NCBI GenBank assembly: GCA_013265495.1
Contig: MU058769.1
Coordinates: 458,477 to 522,476 of the forward strand
Direction of reading: 5' to 3'
Length of the DNA: 64,000 nt
From: Vicugna vicugna
Taxonomy: Eukaryota
The notes under the pieces: model-generated
What the model saw: only the letters and a program-made list of their open reading frames with translations
Database searches by the model: none
What the model was told of the DNA's origin: nothing
Made by a program: the position numbers and the translations under genes
Shown: piece after piece, positions 52,513 to 64,000 of the stretch
Layout of the letters: every line of letters starts with the position of its first letter
Position numbering within the stretch: the first letter of the stretch is position 1

Positions 52513-53658
52513 TAAAAGATAAACTATAGACTAGAAAAAAATTTTTGAAACATACATATATGACAAATAATTGGTACTCAGTATATACAAAGGATTATAA
52601 AACAAAAAGACAACTCAATAGAAAAATTGGCACAGACTCAAAAGCAGAAACCTAAAAGGTCAATAATAAAAGAAAAGCTTATCTTCTACTTAATTAGGAA
52701 AATGCAAATTAAGATAAGGAAATACCATGTCACACCCAACAGATTGTCAAAAAAATTTTTCTAATTAACAGCTTTACAGTACCATGTACTGGTATGTCAA
52801 TAGATTGTTCATTTTTATTGCTGAGCAGTACCCCATTGTATAGATAAATCACAATTTGTTTATCCATTTATCTGTTGAGTACTATCTGAGTTATTTCCAA
52901 TTTTTAACTGTTACAAATAGACCTAGTATAAACATTCATGTACAAGTCTTGATACGGACATAAGGATTATTTTCAGAGGTGGAATGGCTGTGTCGTTACA
53001 ATAAATGTATGTTTAACTAAAAAAAAAAAAAAAAGTGAAACTGTTTCAGTGATTGTACCATTACATTCCCATCAGTAACATAAGAGTTCCAGTTGCTTCA
53101 CATTCTCATCAACATTTGATAACGGTCACACTTTTTAATTAGTCAGGCTAATAATAATCGTATAATGGTATCTTGTGGATTTTAATTTGCATTTCCCTAA
53201 TGACTAATGTTGGACATCTTTTCATGGGCTTATTTGCCAATCCCATATCTTCTATGGTAAAGTATTCCCATCTCTTGCCCAGTTTTTAATTGGGCTGTCT
53301 TCTTATTGTTGAAGTAGTAGAGTTCTTCATATATTCTACACACAAGTACTTTCTTAAACTTACATTTTCTGCCAGCCTGTGACTTGTCTTTTCATTTTCT
53401 CTACCATTGTCTTTAAAAAAGAAATTTTATTTTGATGAAGTAAAACTTCCCAAAGTTTTGTGCTTTTTGTACTTTGTGCTTTTTGTGTTCAACTTATAAA
53501 ATCTTTGCCTAATCTATGATTACAATGATATTCTCAGATGTTTTCTTCTAGAATTTGATCGATTTTGCCCTTACATACAAGTCTGTGATCCATGTTGAGT
53601 TAATTTTTTGATGATGTCAAGTAAGGTTGGAGGTTTTTGGTGTTGTTTTTTAACATGG

Positions 53659-54196
53659 TGAAGAACAACAGAGTCTGCCGTCCCCAAATATGCCACTTTT
53701 AAGAACTGTTTTGAGGAGAAAGCAATTGAGAAAGACACAAGGAAAGCTCTCTGCCCTCCCTGTACTAGCCTAAAGCAGGACTTAAATTTACAAAGGTGTC
53801 CTCCTCCTCTCTCTACCAGGAAGGACAAAAGTTAACTGCAGGAGACAACCCTTACCAGCCTGGAGATGGCACTACAGGACTCTATATAACAATCTTCACC
53901 AATTAGCTTTTATCTATCCTTAGTTTCACATATATTTGCTTTCCCATGACTTGCTGCCCCTAGAGACTCAAAGTCCTTTTCCTTTGTCATGCCTTTTCTC
54001 TAAAAACTTATAGTTCCTTTGTTAAGCTATACAAACCTACATCTAATCAAACCTTCTAGTTACTCATCCAAGAGTTTCTCCCATGTATAGATAAAATATA
54101 CATGTCAATAAATGTGTTTTTCTCTTGTTAATCTGTATTTTATTACAGAGAACCAAGCTCAGAACCTAGAAGAAAAAAAGATTTTCCTCCCTTACA
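53659..54196 (+). mobile_element. MER34-like ERV1 solo LTR with 4-bp TSD atgg
   Basis: tgaa...ccccaaatatgccacttt start, ttttcctcccttaca end, TSD at 53655-53658 and 54197-54200. Confidence 0.88.
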
Positions 54197-54468
54197 ATGG
54201 TTATCCAAATTGTCTAATGACTACTACTGAAAAGTTTCTCCCCACTGAAATGCCTTGGTTAACTGTCAAAACTCAACTGAGCATAAACGTGTGTATCCAT
54301 TTCTAGACTTCTATGTTTATTTTCACACTGATATCATACCATTTTAATTACCAAACCTTTAAAAAAAAAGTGTTGAAATCATGCAGTTTAAGTCTTTCTA
54401 TTTGGATCTTTGTTTTCAAATTTGTCTATTTTAACTAGACCTCATGTGTTTCCAGATACATTTTTAAA

Positions 54469-54642
54469 AAATTTTTTTTGCCACTGAAACAACTTTTATT
54501 AAGCTATTTTAATACATTAAATCAAAGACTATTTTCTCTTTTTTCTTTTTTAACATTTTTTATTGATTTATAATCATTTTACAATGTTGTGTCAAATTCC
54601 AGTGTAGAGTACAATTTTTCAGTTATACATGAACATACATAT
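54469..54642 (-). mobile_element. Short camelid L1 3' end with an extra downstream segment
   Basis: aacattttttattgatttataatcattttacaatgttgtgtcaaattcc; second T-run at 54472-54479. Confidence 0.8.
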
Positions 54643-57561
54643 CAGACAAATTTTAAAGTCAGTGTTTCAATTGATTGGGATTATGCTGAAGCAATCTATA
54701 TATCTGGGAAGAACTAAAATCTTGACACTATTGAGTCTTCTGATCCATAAGCAATGTTTTGTAGTTTTCAGCATACAGCCATCACATGTGTCTTGTCAAA
54801 TTCAGCCCTAAGAATTTTGTATTTTTATGTTATTTGTTAATGGTATATTTTACCCATTTCAATTTCAGACTGTTCTAAATAGTATAAAAACATACAATTG
54901 ATTTTTATATACTGACTTGCTGACTTTATATCCTGCAACCATCCTAAATTCTCTAGTTATGTAAATTCCGTATGATTTCCTACATACAAGATGCTGTGCT
55001 CTGCAGTGGTTAAACAGCTTTACTTTTTCCTTTTCAAGCTTATGCTTTAGTGAGACTCATCAGTACTATGTTGAAGAGAAGTGGTGAAAGCAAACATCCA
55101 CACCTTGTTCTTAGGAGCAAAGAATTCAGTATTTTATCATTAAGTACAGTATTAACTGAAGGTTCTTCAAAGATGCCTTGTATCATATGGAGGAGGTTTC
55201 CTTCTAATTTGTTGAATTTTTAACATAAATGGAAGTTGAATTTTCTCAAATGTTTTTTGCTTCTTTTGAGATAAACATGGGTTATTTTCTTTTTTAATCT
55301 ATTAATAAAGTGAATTACACTGTTTGAATTTTGAATGTTAAGCTAACCTTTAATTGCTAGGATAAACCCTACTTGATCATGATGTATTGTCGTTTTTATA
55401 TATTGCTGGCTTCAATTTACTAAAATTTTGCTAAGGATTTTTTCATCTATCTTCATAATGGATATTGTTCTGTGGTTTTCTTACGCCTTTGGTTTTAGTA
55501 ACAGGGTACAGTTGGGCTCTTAAAATGAGCTGGGAAGTACTCCCTCCTCCTCTAAGTTCTTTAAAAGCTTATGTAGGAATGTTACATAAACTCTTCCTTA
55601 GACTGTTAGCGGACTTCAGCAGCGAAGCCCTCTGAGCCTGGAGATCCCTTGGTGGAGAACTTTCAAACTACAATTCAGTTTCTCTAACAGATACATGTCT
55701 ATCAGGTCACTTGTTTCTTTTTGACTGAGCTTTAGCAATTTGTGTCTTTTAAGGAACTTGTCCATTTAATATAAATTGTCAAATTTATTGGCATAGAATG
55801 AACTGTGGTGTTCATTATTATCTTTACAACAGCTGTAGAAATATCAATAATGTCCCATCTCTAATGTGTTCTCTTCCTTTTCTAAAGTTAGGAGCACATA
55901 CAAATTAATACTAGATAGCTTGAACCATGGAAAGTTCCCTAAAGAGCATAATTTTGCACTGGATTTTTCAAGGAGTCATGGAAATGTATTGGCAAAGACA
56001 TCAAGGTAACTTGGAGGAGAGCAAAAGCACAAGGGGAAAGATAGTAAATTTAATTTAGTTCAACTTAGCTGACACAGTCCAAAGAAAGGAGTTTAATGAA
56101 ATGTCAGGAGAGCAGTCAGTGGGTGGGCCTGTCCTAAGGTCCTGCTGAGATATGTGGAATTTATACAACTGAGAACCACTATCAGAGGGTAGTAAAATGA
56201 TAATAATGATAAAAACTGAAATCACTGAGGAGCAAGATACCAGTTTCTCAGCCATTAGCACCAGACCAAAAGCAGCAACAGAAAGCCAAAAAGCTTATTC
56301 TGGTTCAAAATATAAAAGCATTTCATCATTACTCCAAGAATGGGAACCAAATCTATACCATTACTTTTTTTTAAAAAAAGGTATGAGCAAACTCAGAGAT
56401 GACCAGCGGGGTAGTGGGGACAAACAAGGTTTCTCTCCTGTCCAGATAACTGACAGCTACCCACTTTCTGCCTACAGTGATATGAAAGGGGAAAATATTT
56501 TAAAAAGTAAAGAATATGCACAGAGTAGTATGCTCATACATCAAAGGATAAAAAAAGGATGTAGGAAAAAAGAAAGGATGAAGACAAAAAAGAAACATCC
56601 ATTCTGATGCACTAGAAAATAGAAAAGGGAAGAAATATCCAAAATAATCGCCTCACTCTTAGATTTTGCCATCCTTCCTCCAAGCCTACAGTCTGCAAGA
56701 AGGCGAGAGAACAGGCAATGAGAAGAAATACTCCCAAATAAAACAAATGAATTCCCAAAACCCCATATCCCAATATCAGAGAATTTCAAAAGTGCCCCCA
56801 AGTATCTGGGTCATATTTATAACTAAATTGAATCTTGATTTAATGCTGTGCTTTTCATAGGGATTCTTCCTTCATCTCTTCTAAAAATACAACTATAAAA
56901 ACAGAAAACAAGCTTCATCACAAAAACCAGCTTAACAATCTATCTCTGAGCAGAGTCTAAGGGAAGAACATGCATTGCTTCTATCTTTCCCACCGCTGCG
57001 AAAACAAAATAACAGTAATCTAAAAGTCTGAATGATCTTTCAATGTATCACAGATTGTGGCCTGTTCCCACACTGCCTTGCAGTCTTCCCAGGATGGACC
57101 AGTGGGCTTTAACATGAACCAAATCTGTCAACCAAGTTGAAGACAGACATGTGCATTCCAATGAGCAGTGGTAAGAAAACACACTGCTCTATCCAGCTCC
57201 AAACAATGATAAATAATTCAGGAAAAGAACCGCTGCAATACAGAGCACAGCAGCAGGATTTAAAAATAGACTATAGAGCCTACATGGAGGAATCAGGAGT
57301 CAAAGAAAATGGATTCATGTCAACAAATTCCCAAGCCCTTTGCAATACAGGATGTTGCTGAAACTGTCACTCAAAAGAGATGTCAGAATTCTAACGTGCT
57401 TTTTCATCAAAAAAACAAATATTTTTCAGGAACTTGGCAAATTGGGAACAAGACAGCTAATAAAAAAAATAGTACTATTTGGCAATAGTAGGTATCATTA
57501 AAAAAAAAGCAAATCCAAATGACATTGAGAAGATAAGTTTTCAAGAAAAAAAAATTAGAAG

Positions 57562-57698
57562 GTGGCGGGAGGGCATATAGCTCAGTGGCAGAGTGCATGC
57601 TTAGCATGCTTGAGGTCCTGGGTTCAATCCCCAGTACCCCCTCTAAAAAAAAAATAAAACCTAATTACCTCCCACTGCAAATTAAAAAAAATTTTTTT
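57562..57698 (+). mobile_element. Camelid vic-1-like SINE with TSD aattagaag
   Basis: A/B boxes, aacctaattacctccc tail motif, TSD at 57553-57561 and 57699-57707. Confidence 0.92.
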
Positions 57699-58816
57699 AA
57701 TTAGAAGAAGGGTTTAAAATTCTATTTTTCATACCACCACGTTCTACGTCTAACACCAATTTAAACTAATTATGCCTCTAGTATTGAGGATACATAGCAC
57801 TCAAGATTTTTCTATTCAGTTTTCCACCTCTAATAGATCCAATCATACAACACATGCAAACATAAGATTCTCACCTGTTAATAAAAAAGGTATCTTGAAA
57901 ACTGAACAGAAGCCATGATTATGTTACTAGGATTAAATTAAATTCTAAGTCTGACAAAACTGATAAATTTATAATTAGATGAGGACAGTACAAGATCATG
58001 GGTCCATGTGAACTGTGCAGGTTTCAATCTACTCAAGAATGCTTCAACTTACCTGATCTGATGAATAGTGTGGCTGGACAGTCATTCTTAAGACTGGTGT
58101 CCTGAATGACCAGATCCCAGATGTTCTCTACAAACTCAATGTATGTGATAAAAAAATAACATTCTACATCCAGTCTGCATTTCCCCACAGCCACCAAAAT
58201 GTATACCTGTCTCTTCTTAATTCTGAGATCAGTTTCAGACAACTGAAAATTTTAAGACTATATAATGATGCCTAATCTATCTTTAATGTATGATATAAAA
58301 TATAACAGAAAGCAATCTAATCCTTTTATAGATGCTTTATCCTAACTAAGCAAAACAAGCAGTAGCGAAGAAATTATTGTTCACTATAAACTCCAGACCA
58401 ACACATAAACAGACCAATCTGCTTCTGCTTCACCTATCATTAGAAGAAAAATTGGCTATGTCTCCTCACAATTGTGCCATTCAACTTAAACTACAGAAAG
58501 ACCAGAGTGCACCTGGAATAAATGAAGTTTGTTTTTTCAGTTCTTAAATTTTCTAGATTCTAAGAGTAAACACGAAATAGTATTTTCAAAGGAGAAACAG
58601 ACTGGCTCATTGAAAACATGATCCATCTAAAGCACTTTCCCAGCATGACATAACATGGTCAGACCAGCTATTTTCCATCACTGTTCTACTCACCAGACAG
58701 CGAGCCATCACTTCCTTTCTCTGTAAATCCAGGCTTTCTTACTGTTGACAAAGGACAGTCTGGTCAAATGCACCTGGATTTGAGTCCCAGTGCTAGTCCC
58801 ACCCTTGGCTGGGGTA

Positions 58817-58845
58817 AAACAAAACAAAACAAAACAAAACAAAAC
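58817..58845 (+). repeat. (AAAAC)n microsatellite
   Basis: Read directly. Confidence 0.9.
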
Positions 58846-59747
58846 CCTATTCTGAATCTTGCACTTTAGACAGATCTACTCTGATCCTCTTCTGACCTGC
58901 CTGTCCCCTCATGGCAAGATGTTCACGGGACTAAGGGACATATCTACCTGAAGCCCCTTGACTCCACCATCTCCAACTATGCTCTGGATCCCAGAATGCC
59001 CTGCCCAAGCAGTCCCAAAATCAATTCCAGGCCTTCAGTGGATGTCTTCTCAAACTCTGTCCTCACACAGACAGTACTCATTGCTGCACGCCTTCCATGT
59101 TCCGAATGGTGGGCAAGGGACAGAGGATGAAAGGGGTGTATATGGAGACTCGACCTAGAGGGCATCCCTGCACTACCCCATCCAGTCTCAGAGCTTTGAG
59201 GAGTCCAAGAATTCCGGCCTTCTAGGTCATTACAAAAATATATGTCTAAACAGGAGGAAAAAACTTTCTTTCTAATCGTGATTTGTAACTTAAATATGTA
59301 GACATATGGAATATTTGCTTCCATTCATGCTCTTTCCCTAGGACTTAATTGTTAAGAGCAGGCATACCTAGCCATATCACACACCAGTAGTAACCACATC
59401 TGTAAGCCTTACTTTACTGACTTGTAAGATAAGCAAGTTAAAATCTCCTTCATAGGATTTCAATACAATAAATAATTTTCAAAATTATGGATGTTTGGTA
59501 CACAGCAAACCTGTGACAAACTGAAGTATATTTATTATATTCTCTGCCATCACTCCTCTCCCTAGTATGGGCAAAAAAGGAACAGAAAAGTAAAGCCAAC
59601 TTCAGAGAAACTACAACCAAAACAGCCATTTGTAGGTCTCATTTTAAGGAATTCTGTCATTGATTCCATAGAAGTCTGATGGCACTGATTATTTTTGCTT
59701 ACAACCATTTCTCTCACTAACCTTTCCATTTTTTAGTACCTATACAA

Positions 59748-59880
59748 GGAGATATATGTTAACTAAACTTACTGTGGTAATCACTTCTCAATATACGTAT
59801 GTCAGGTCATTAAAGAGTAAACCTTAAACTTAAACAGAGCTGTATGTCAACTCTATCTCAATAAAACTGGAAAGAAAAAA
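59748..59880 (+). mobile_element. Short L1MA9-like 3' end
   Basis: atgttaactaaacttactgtggtaatca...tatctcaataaaactggaaa. Confidence 0.8.
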
Positions 59881-61591
59881 TGTAAGCTCTGTAAGGGTAG
59901 GGATTTTTCCCCTTTTCTTCATTGCTATATCCTTTACTCTCAGACAGTTCCTGGCACAACGAGTAAGTTTTTGTTAATAAACCATTAATTACAAAAAGCA
60001 AGTATGGAGTGGTTATCTGACACCCCAACACCAGTATCATACATAAACAAGCCTAGCATAACCGGAAAATGAATTATTTACATGTGGCTACTTCACTGAG
60101 CTAATTCCTCTAATTTAAGAAGTTTCCTTAAAAATGAAATTAATGAAAACATTAGAGTATGTCTTTAACATGAGGCCATTTCTGCTCTCTTCAACCTTGA
60201 TCCTCACCTGCCTGCACAAGGATATTGCTAGTACTCAGTAATTTCATATACAATCCTACCTGAGAGGATAATTCAATTAACTAAATTATACTGAAGCTCT
60301 TGTTTTAAGCTCCAAATATGATGGGATGTAGTAGAAAGAAATCCAAAAGAGCAGGTTAGGAAAGAGGCACCTTTCTGCAAGTCTCTCACACTTTTATCCC
60401 CAGCCCCCTTGAATCTTGCATGAGTCAATCCTATCAACTCTTAAGAGCTCAAATAAGTCTACAAACTATATCCTACACCCCATCACATTCTCAAAAACAT
60501 ATTATGGTTTTCAAGTTTCCTTAATCAATCCATTTATCTCTAACAAATGCTCATTTCCAAACTAGAGGTCAGAATATTGTGGCAGAGGTAGGTAATTTGG
60601 AACCAAATCTATTCTGAAACAGACTGATACAACCTTGACAACATTATACATGACACTTTCAGATACACAGAATGATGGCTGGTAAAAAGACAGCTCAGCA
60701 GCACATCCTACATAACTGAGATTTAAAAGTGCGTCGACAAGGGGGACATGTTACAGATGTGCTTTCTGATCTATACAAATCCCAAAACTAGCCTGGGTGC
60801 TTATTTTAATAAAATTACATCCTCCGTATTGGTCTGATTCTCAAAATCCATCTACGACGCAAGGCATCATCTTAAAGAAAAACTACTCTTGGTGAGTCAA
60901 AATACTATCAGCAAAAGACAAGTATGATACTCCTGAGCGCTGGTTAAATAAACTTGCAGTAGCCCTAAACTCCACGACTGGACTTGGACAGACTAACACA
61001 ACTCCTCCCTGAGAAAAATTCAAAGCTTTCTTTAAAAAAAAAAGATACAAAAGCCAAAAAGTTCCAACACAATCTTATTCTAGACCAAAAACACACAGCT
61101 ATAAATGTCTAGAAATGCCTCAAGGTGTGTAATTACTGAAGCTAATTAGCATTCTCAAAATTAAACGTCCACTGCAATGCTTAAGGGATGAAGGGTAGGG
61201 CAAAAAGGAGTTATGGGCAGATGAATCCCACCAAAAAGATAAAGTTCAGATGTATCTCTCTAATAAAAAAAAATAGGATTCTGGGATTAACCAACCTAAC
61301 TTGCTAGGAGAAGAAAAATGATTATCACTTCCTAAGTCTCAACTAAAATGTGAAACTTTTTGGTGTTACCATTCACTGGGAAAGTGGGAATTAACCAGGC
61401 AGAAAGGGCAGAACTATAATATTAATTTTATAATAAAGACAACATGAAAGATTCATTCATACTAAAATAATGTTGTTTTAAAAAGAAAACACATATTTTA
61501 AAAATTCATAGTAAATCATCTTTTTCTATAAGATCATGACACTAGAGTTGTGCCATGTAATTTTGCCTTTATTCTCACTTACCTTTATTCT

Positions 61592-61726
61592 GATTGTCAC
61601 CTTTTTGGGGGTGGGGGTTAATTCAGTTTATCTATTTATTTATTCTTAGAGGAGGTACTGGGGATTGAATCCAGGACCTCATGCAGGCTAACCATGTAAT
61701 GTACCACTTGAGCTATACCTTTCTGC
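61592..61726 (-). mobile_element. Camelid vic-1-like SINE with 18-bp perfect TSD
   Basis: gaggtactggggattgaatccaggacctc...cttgagctatacc; TSD ctcacttacctttattct at 61574-61591 and 61727-61744. Confidence 0.93.
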
Positions 61727-61799
61727 CTCACTTACCTTTATTCTAACAAATACAAATATGGGATCCTGAATAAAGAAGATTCAGTGTTCTGCACAGTTT

Positions 61800-62000
61800 T
61801 TAGAGATTTGATTTCCAGCTCTGCCACTTACAAACTGTGTGATCTTGGATAAATTACTTAATCTCTTGGTGCCTCAGTTTCCCTTATATGTAAAACAAAG
61901 GTTACAGTAACTATCTCATGGGGCTGTAAATATTAAATGAGCTAATAAACAGGTAAAATGCTTACACACATGGAAATATTAAATAAATGTTAGCTATTAT
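61800..62000 (+). mobile_element. MIR SINE relic
   Basis: ccagctctgccacttacaaactgtgtgatcttggataaattacttaatctcttggtgcctcagtttcc. Confidence 0.88.
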
Positions 62001-62309
62001 TTTTGTTGTTGTTATTTAGTCTTCTCTAAACCAATGCAAGATCGGACACTATTTTTAAAACTTGGAAGCATTAATGTAGAAATAATATTATCTGTTTTAT
62101 GGTTTCTCCAAAACTGAGGGGCTTGCTTGCATAGAACGAACAAAATAAGTAGGTCCAGACTGACCTTAGGTTTTAAGACCCATAATGTGCATTTTCCTTT
62201 TAAAGACAAATATTCTGAGAAATAGTCTAATCTTCCTATGCCAGAGGAATGAAGTTCCCTTCCTGTACCTACCAGGAAAATCAACGGCGCAGGAGACAAA
62301 TAAGTAAGT

Positions 62310-63970
62310 TGTAATGTATTATGCTAAGTGCTAGCTAGAGCTGCTCACAATGTTAAATAGGAAAGAGGGAACAGGCATCTAAGTCATACTAGAGGAAAGG
62401 CTTCCAGAAGGAGGGATGCTTAAGCCACTTAATCCCTGAGGACAAACAGCATTCAGCCAAATAGAGAGAAGTGGAGAAACAGATCTAGATTCCATATTTA
62501 AAAACTGGATGATCTGAGGAAAGCTACTTAATCTCTCTAAACCCCAGTTTCCTCACCTACAATATGAAATGATAAAAGTATTTCTTTTGGAAGGCCATGT
62601 GAAGACTAAATGAGACAATGTATGTAAAGTACTTAGCACAGTGCCAGGACATAGTGTAAACCCAACCAACAAAAATATTATTAACACAGATTTATGGGTC
62701 ACCATGCTGCTTTCTCAGACCTGCAAGTATTACATAAAGCTACAGTGTAAGGCACTCACAGAAAAGTGGCTAGAGAGAAAGCTAAAGATTAGTGGAGACA
62801 GGATCATAAAACATCCTGCGTACTAACTAAAGTAATAGGAACCTTGTAAATGATTTTCAGAAAGGAGTTACATCATCATATTTCTATTTTGAAAGAGTAC
62901 TTTTGCTACACAATGTAGATGGCTTAGAGAAAAGATAAAATAGAGACAGAGACATCAACTAGGAAAAAGATGAGGTAAACACTCTGGCTGTAGAATGAGG
63001 GGACTCTGATCCAAGAGGCATTAAGGAGGTAGAATCCTTGAGACGTGGTGACACAGGAGATATGTCTGATGATCGGGAGAAGAGGACACCAGATGACCAA
63101 AGAGAAAAGCAGCTCTTAAAGCGTGACCTGGTACCCCTGGGAATTTCCAAGACTTTTTCATGGGATATGCAAGGTCAAAACCACTTTTATAGTAATATTG
63201 AAACCTTATTCACCCTCTTCACTCTCATGCCCTCACAGGCAAGAGAGCATTTTCCAGACGCTACATGACATGTAATACCACAACTCACTGAATGAAAAGG
63301 CAGACATGAGAATTCATCCGTATTCTATTAACCCCAACACAAAATTAATATAAAAATGAAAAACAATGATACATTTCTCACTAAATTTTGTTGCTGTTGT
63401 TATGGGAAAAATTTTTTTTTAATTTTTTAAAATTTATGTTAACATGTAATGGATTTATCATCATTTTTAAATCAATTAATAATGGCTTTTATTTCTCAGT
63501 TTTAATTTCTAATACATTAATATTCATAGGTATAACCTACATAAAAAAACCTCTTTTGGGGGCCTCAGCAATTTTTGAGTGTAAAGAGATTACAATACCA
63601 AAAAGTCTGAGAACATTTGGAGTAGATATTTCCACCATTAAGATATGAATACTGAAGAAGAAACCAGTTTGGAAAGAAAGAAAGATAATAAAATTCTGTT
63701 TAAAACATGGTAAATGTGATATGCCTACGGGCTAACAAAATCAAAGTGCCCAATAGGCAGTAACACTGATGGGACTGGATATCTAGACCACCAAACTGTG
63801 ACAGAAGTTAAAACCTCAGATTTTAAAAGGCTAATGCACAGTGAGAACAGTGGTGGCAAATTAGCAGAGGCAGATTAGCAGCAGACAAGGTTAGAGAGGT
63901 TAGCTGAGGCCTCAGGACACACCAATATTTAAGAAATAAAGAAGAGTAAGAGAACTCCATATAGATGGAA
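62310..63970 (-). mobile_element. L2 LINE fragments interrupted by a MIR (~62500-62690) and a hAT element
   Basis: Antisense L2-like purine-rich text on both sides of the inserts. Confidence 0.65.
63108..63620 (+). mobile_element. Charlie1b-like hAT DNA transposon
   Basis: caaggtcaaaaccacttttatagtaata...ttttccagacgctacatgacatgtaa...aaaaagtctgagaacatttg, ~510 bp. Confidence 0.8.
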
Positions 63971-64000
63971 AAGGAAAGTTATAAAAAGTAGAAATAAAAA

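Larger units (their letters stand above)
42230..52760 (+). mobile_element. Decayed old L1M block (ORF1 and ORF2 remnants) hosting several younger insertions
   Basis: Degenerate ORF1 at 42480-42970 resuming at 46025-46700; ORF2 remnants 47400-52760 (tatgcacctaacaacaga, aaaagctggttctttgaaaagatcaataaaattgac). Confidence 0.85.
52770..55870 (-). mobile_element. Old L1M ORF2/3' remnant, antisense
   Basis: ttttaatttgcatttccctaatgactaatg, cagtactatgttgaagagaagtggtga motifs. Confidence 0.85.

Noticed and set aside
56197..56607. 136-aa + strand ORF
   Set aside because: A-rich low-complexity translation with no recognisable homology.
57568..57640. tRNA-like sequence (also at 46280, 48260, 61650)
   Set aside because: SINE heads with degenerate stems, mostly with tails or TSDs; not tRNA genes.

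Overview
This is mammalian genomic DNA, very probably camelid: it carries four vic-1-like tRNA-derived SINEs and artiodactyl-type L1 3' ends. The whole window appears to lie within R3HDM2 (R3H/SUZ RNA-binding protein) on the minus strand. I reconstructed 12 coding exons between 21200 (ATG) and 395, all with GT-AG boundaries and consistent phases; the gene continues beyond base 1. Bases 21235-64000 look like a long 5'-UTR intron rich in L1, L2, MIR, LTR and DNA-transposon relics, with a candidate alternative first exon near 38.8-39.2 kb. Most other ORFs in the track are spurious or L1 debris. The most interesting signals are splicing and regulatory elements around the SUZ-region exons: a 4-nt frameshifting microexon candidate with SRRM4/RBFOX motifs, three AG|GT recursive-splice-like sites, and a TATA-containing internal promoter candidate. 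There are also several retrotransposition oddities: a composite L1 inside one TSD, a 3' transduction, a SINE whose TSD duplicated a splice donor, and a tailless SINE. No prokaryote-type system is present. Repeat family names come from recalled consensus similarity, and repeat boundaries without TSDs are approximate.
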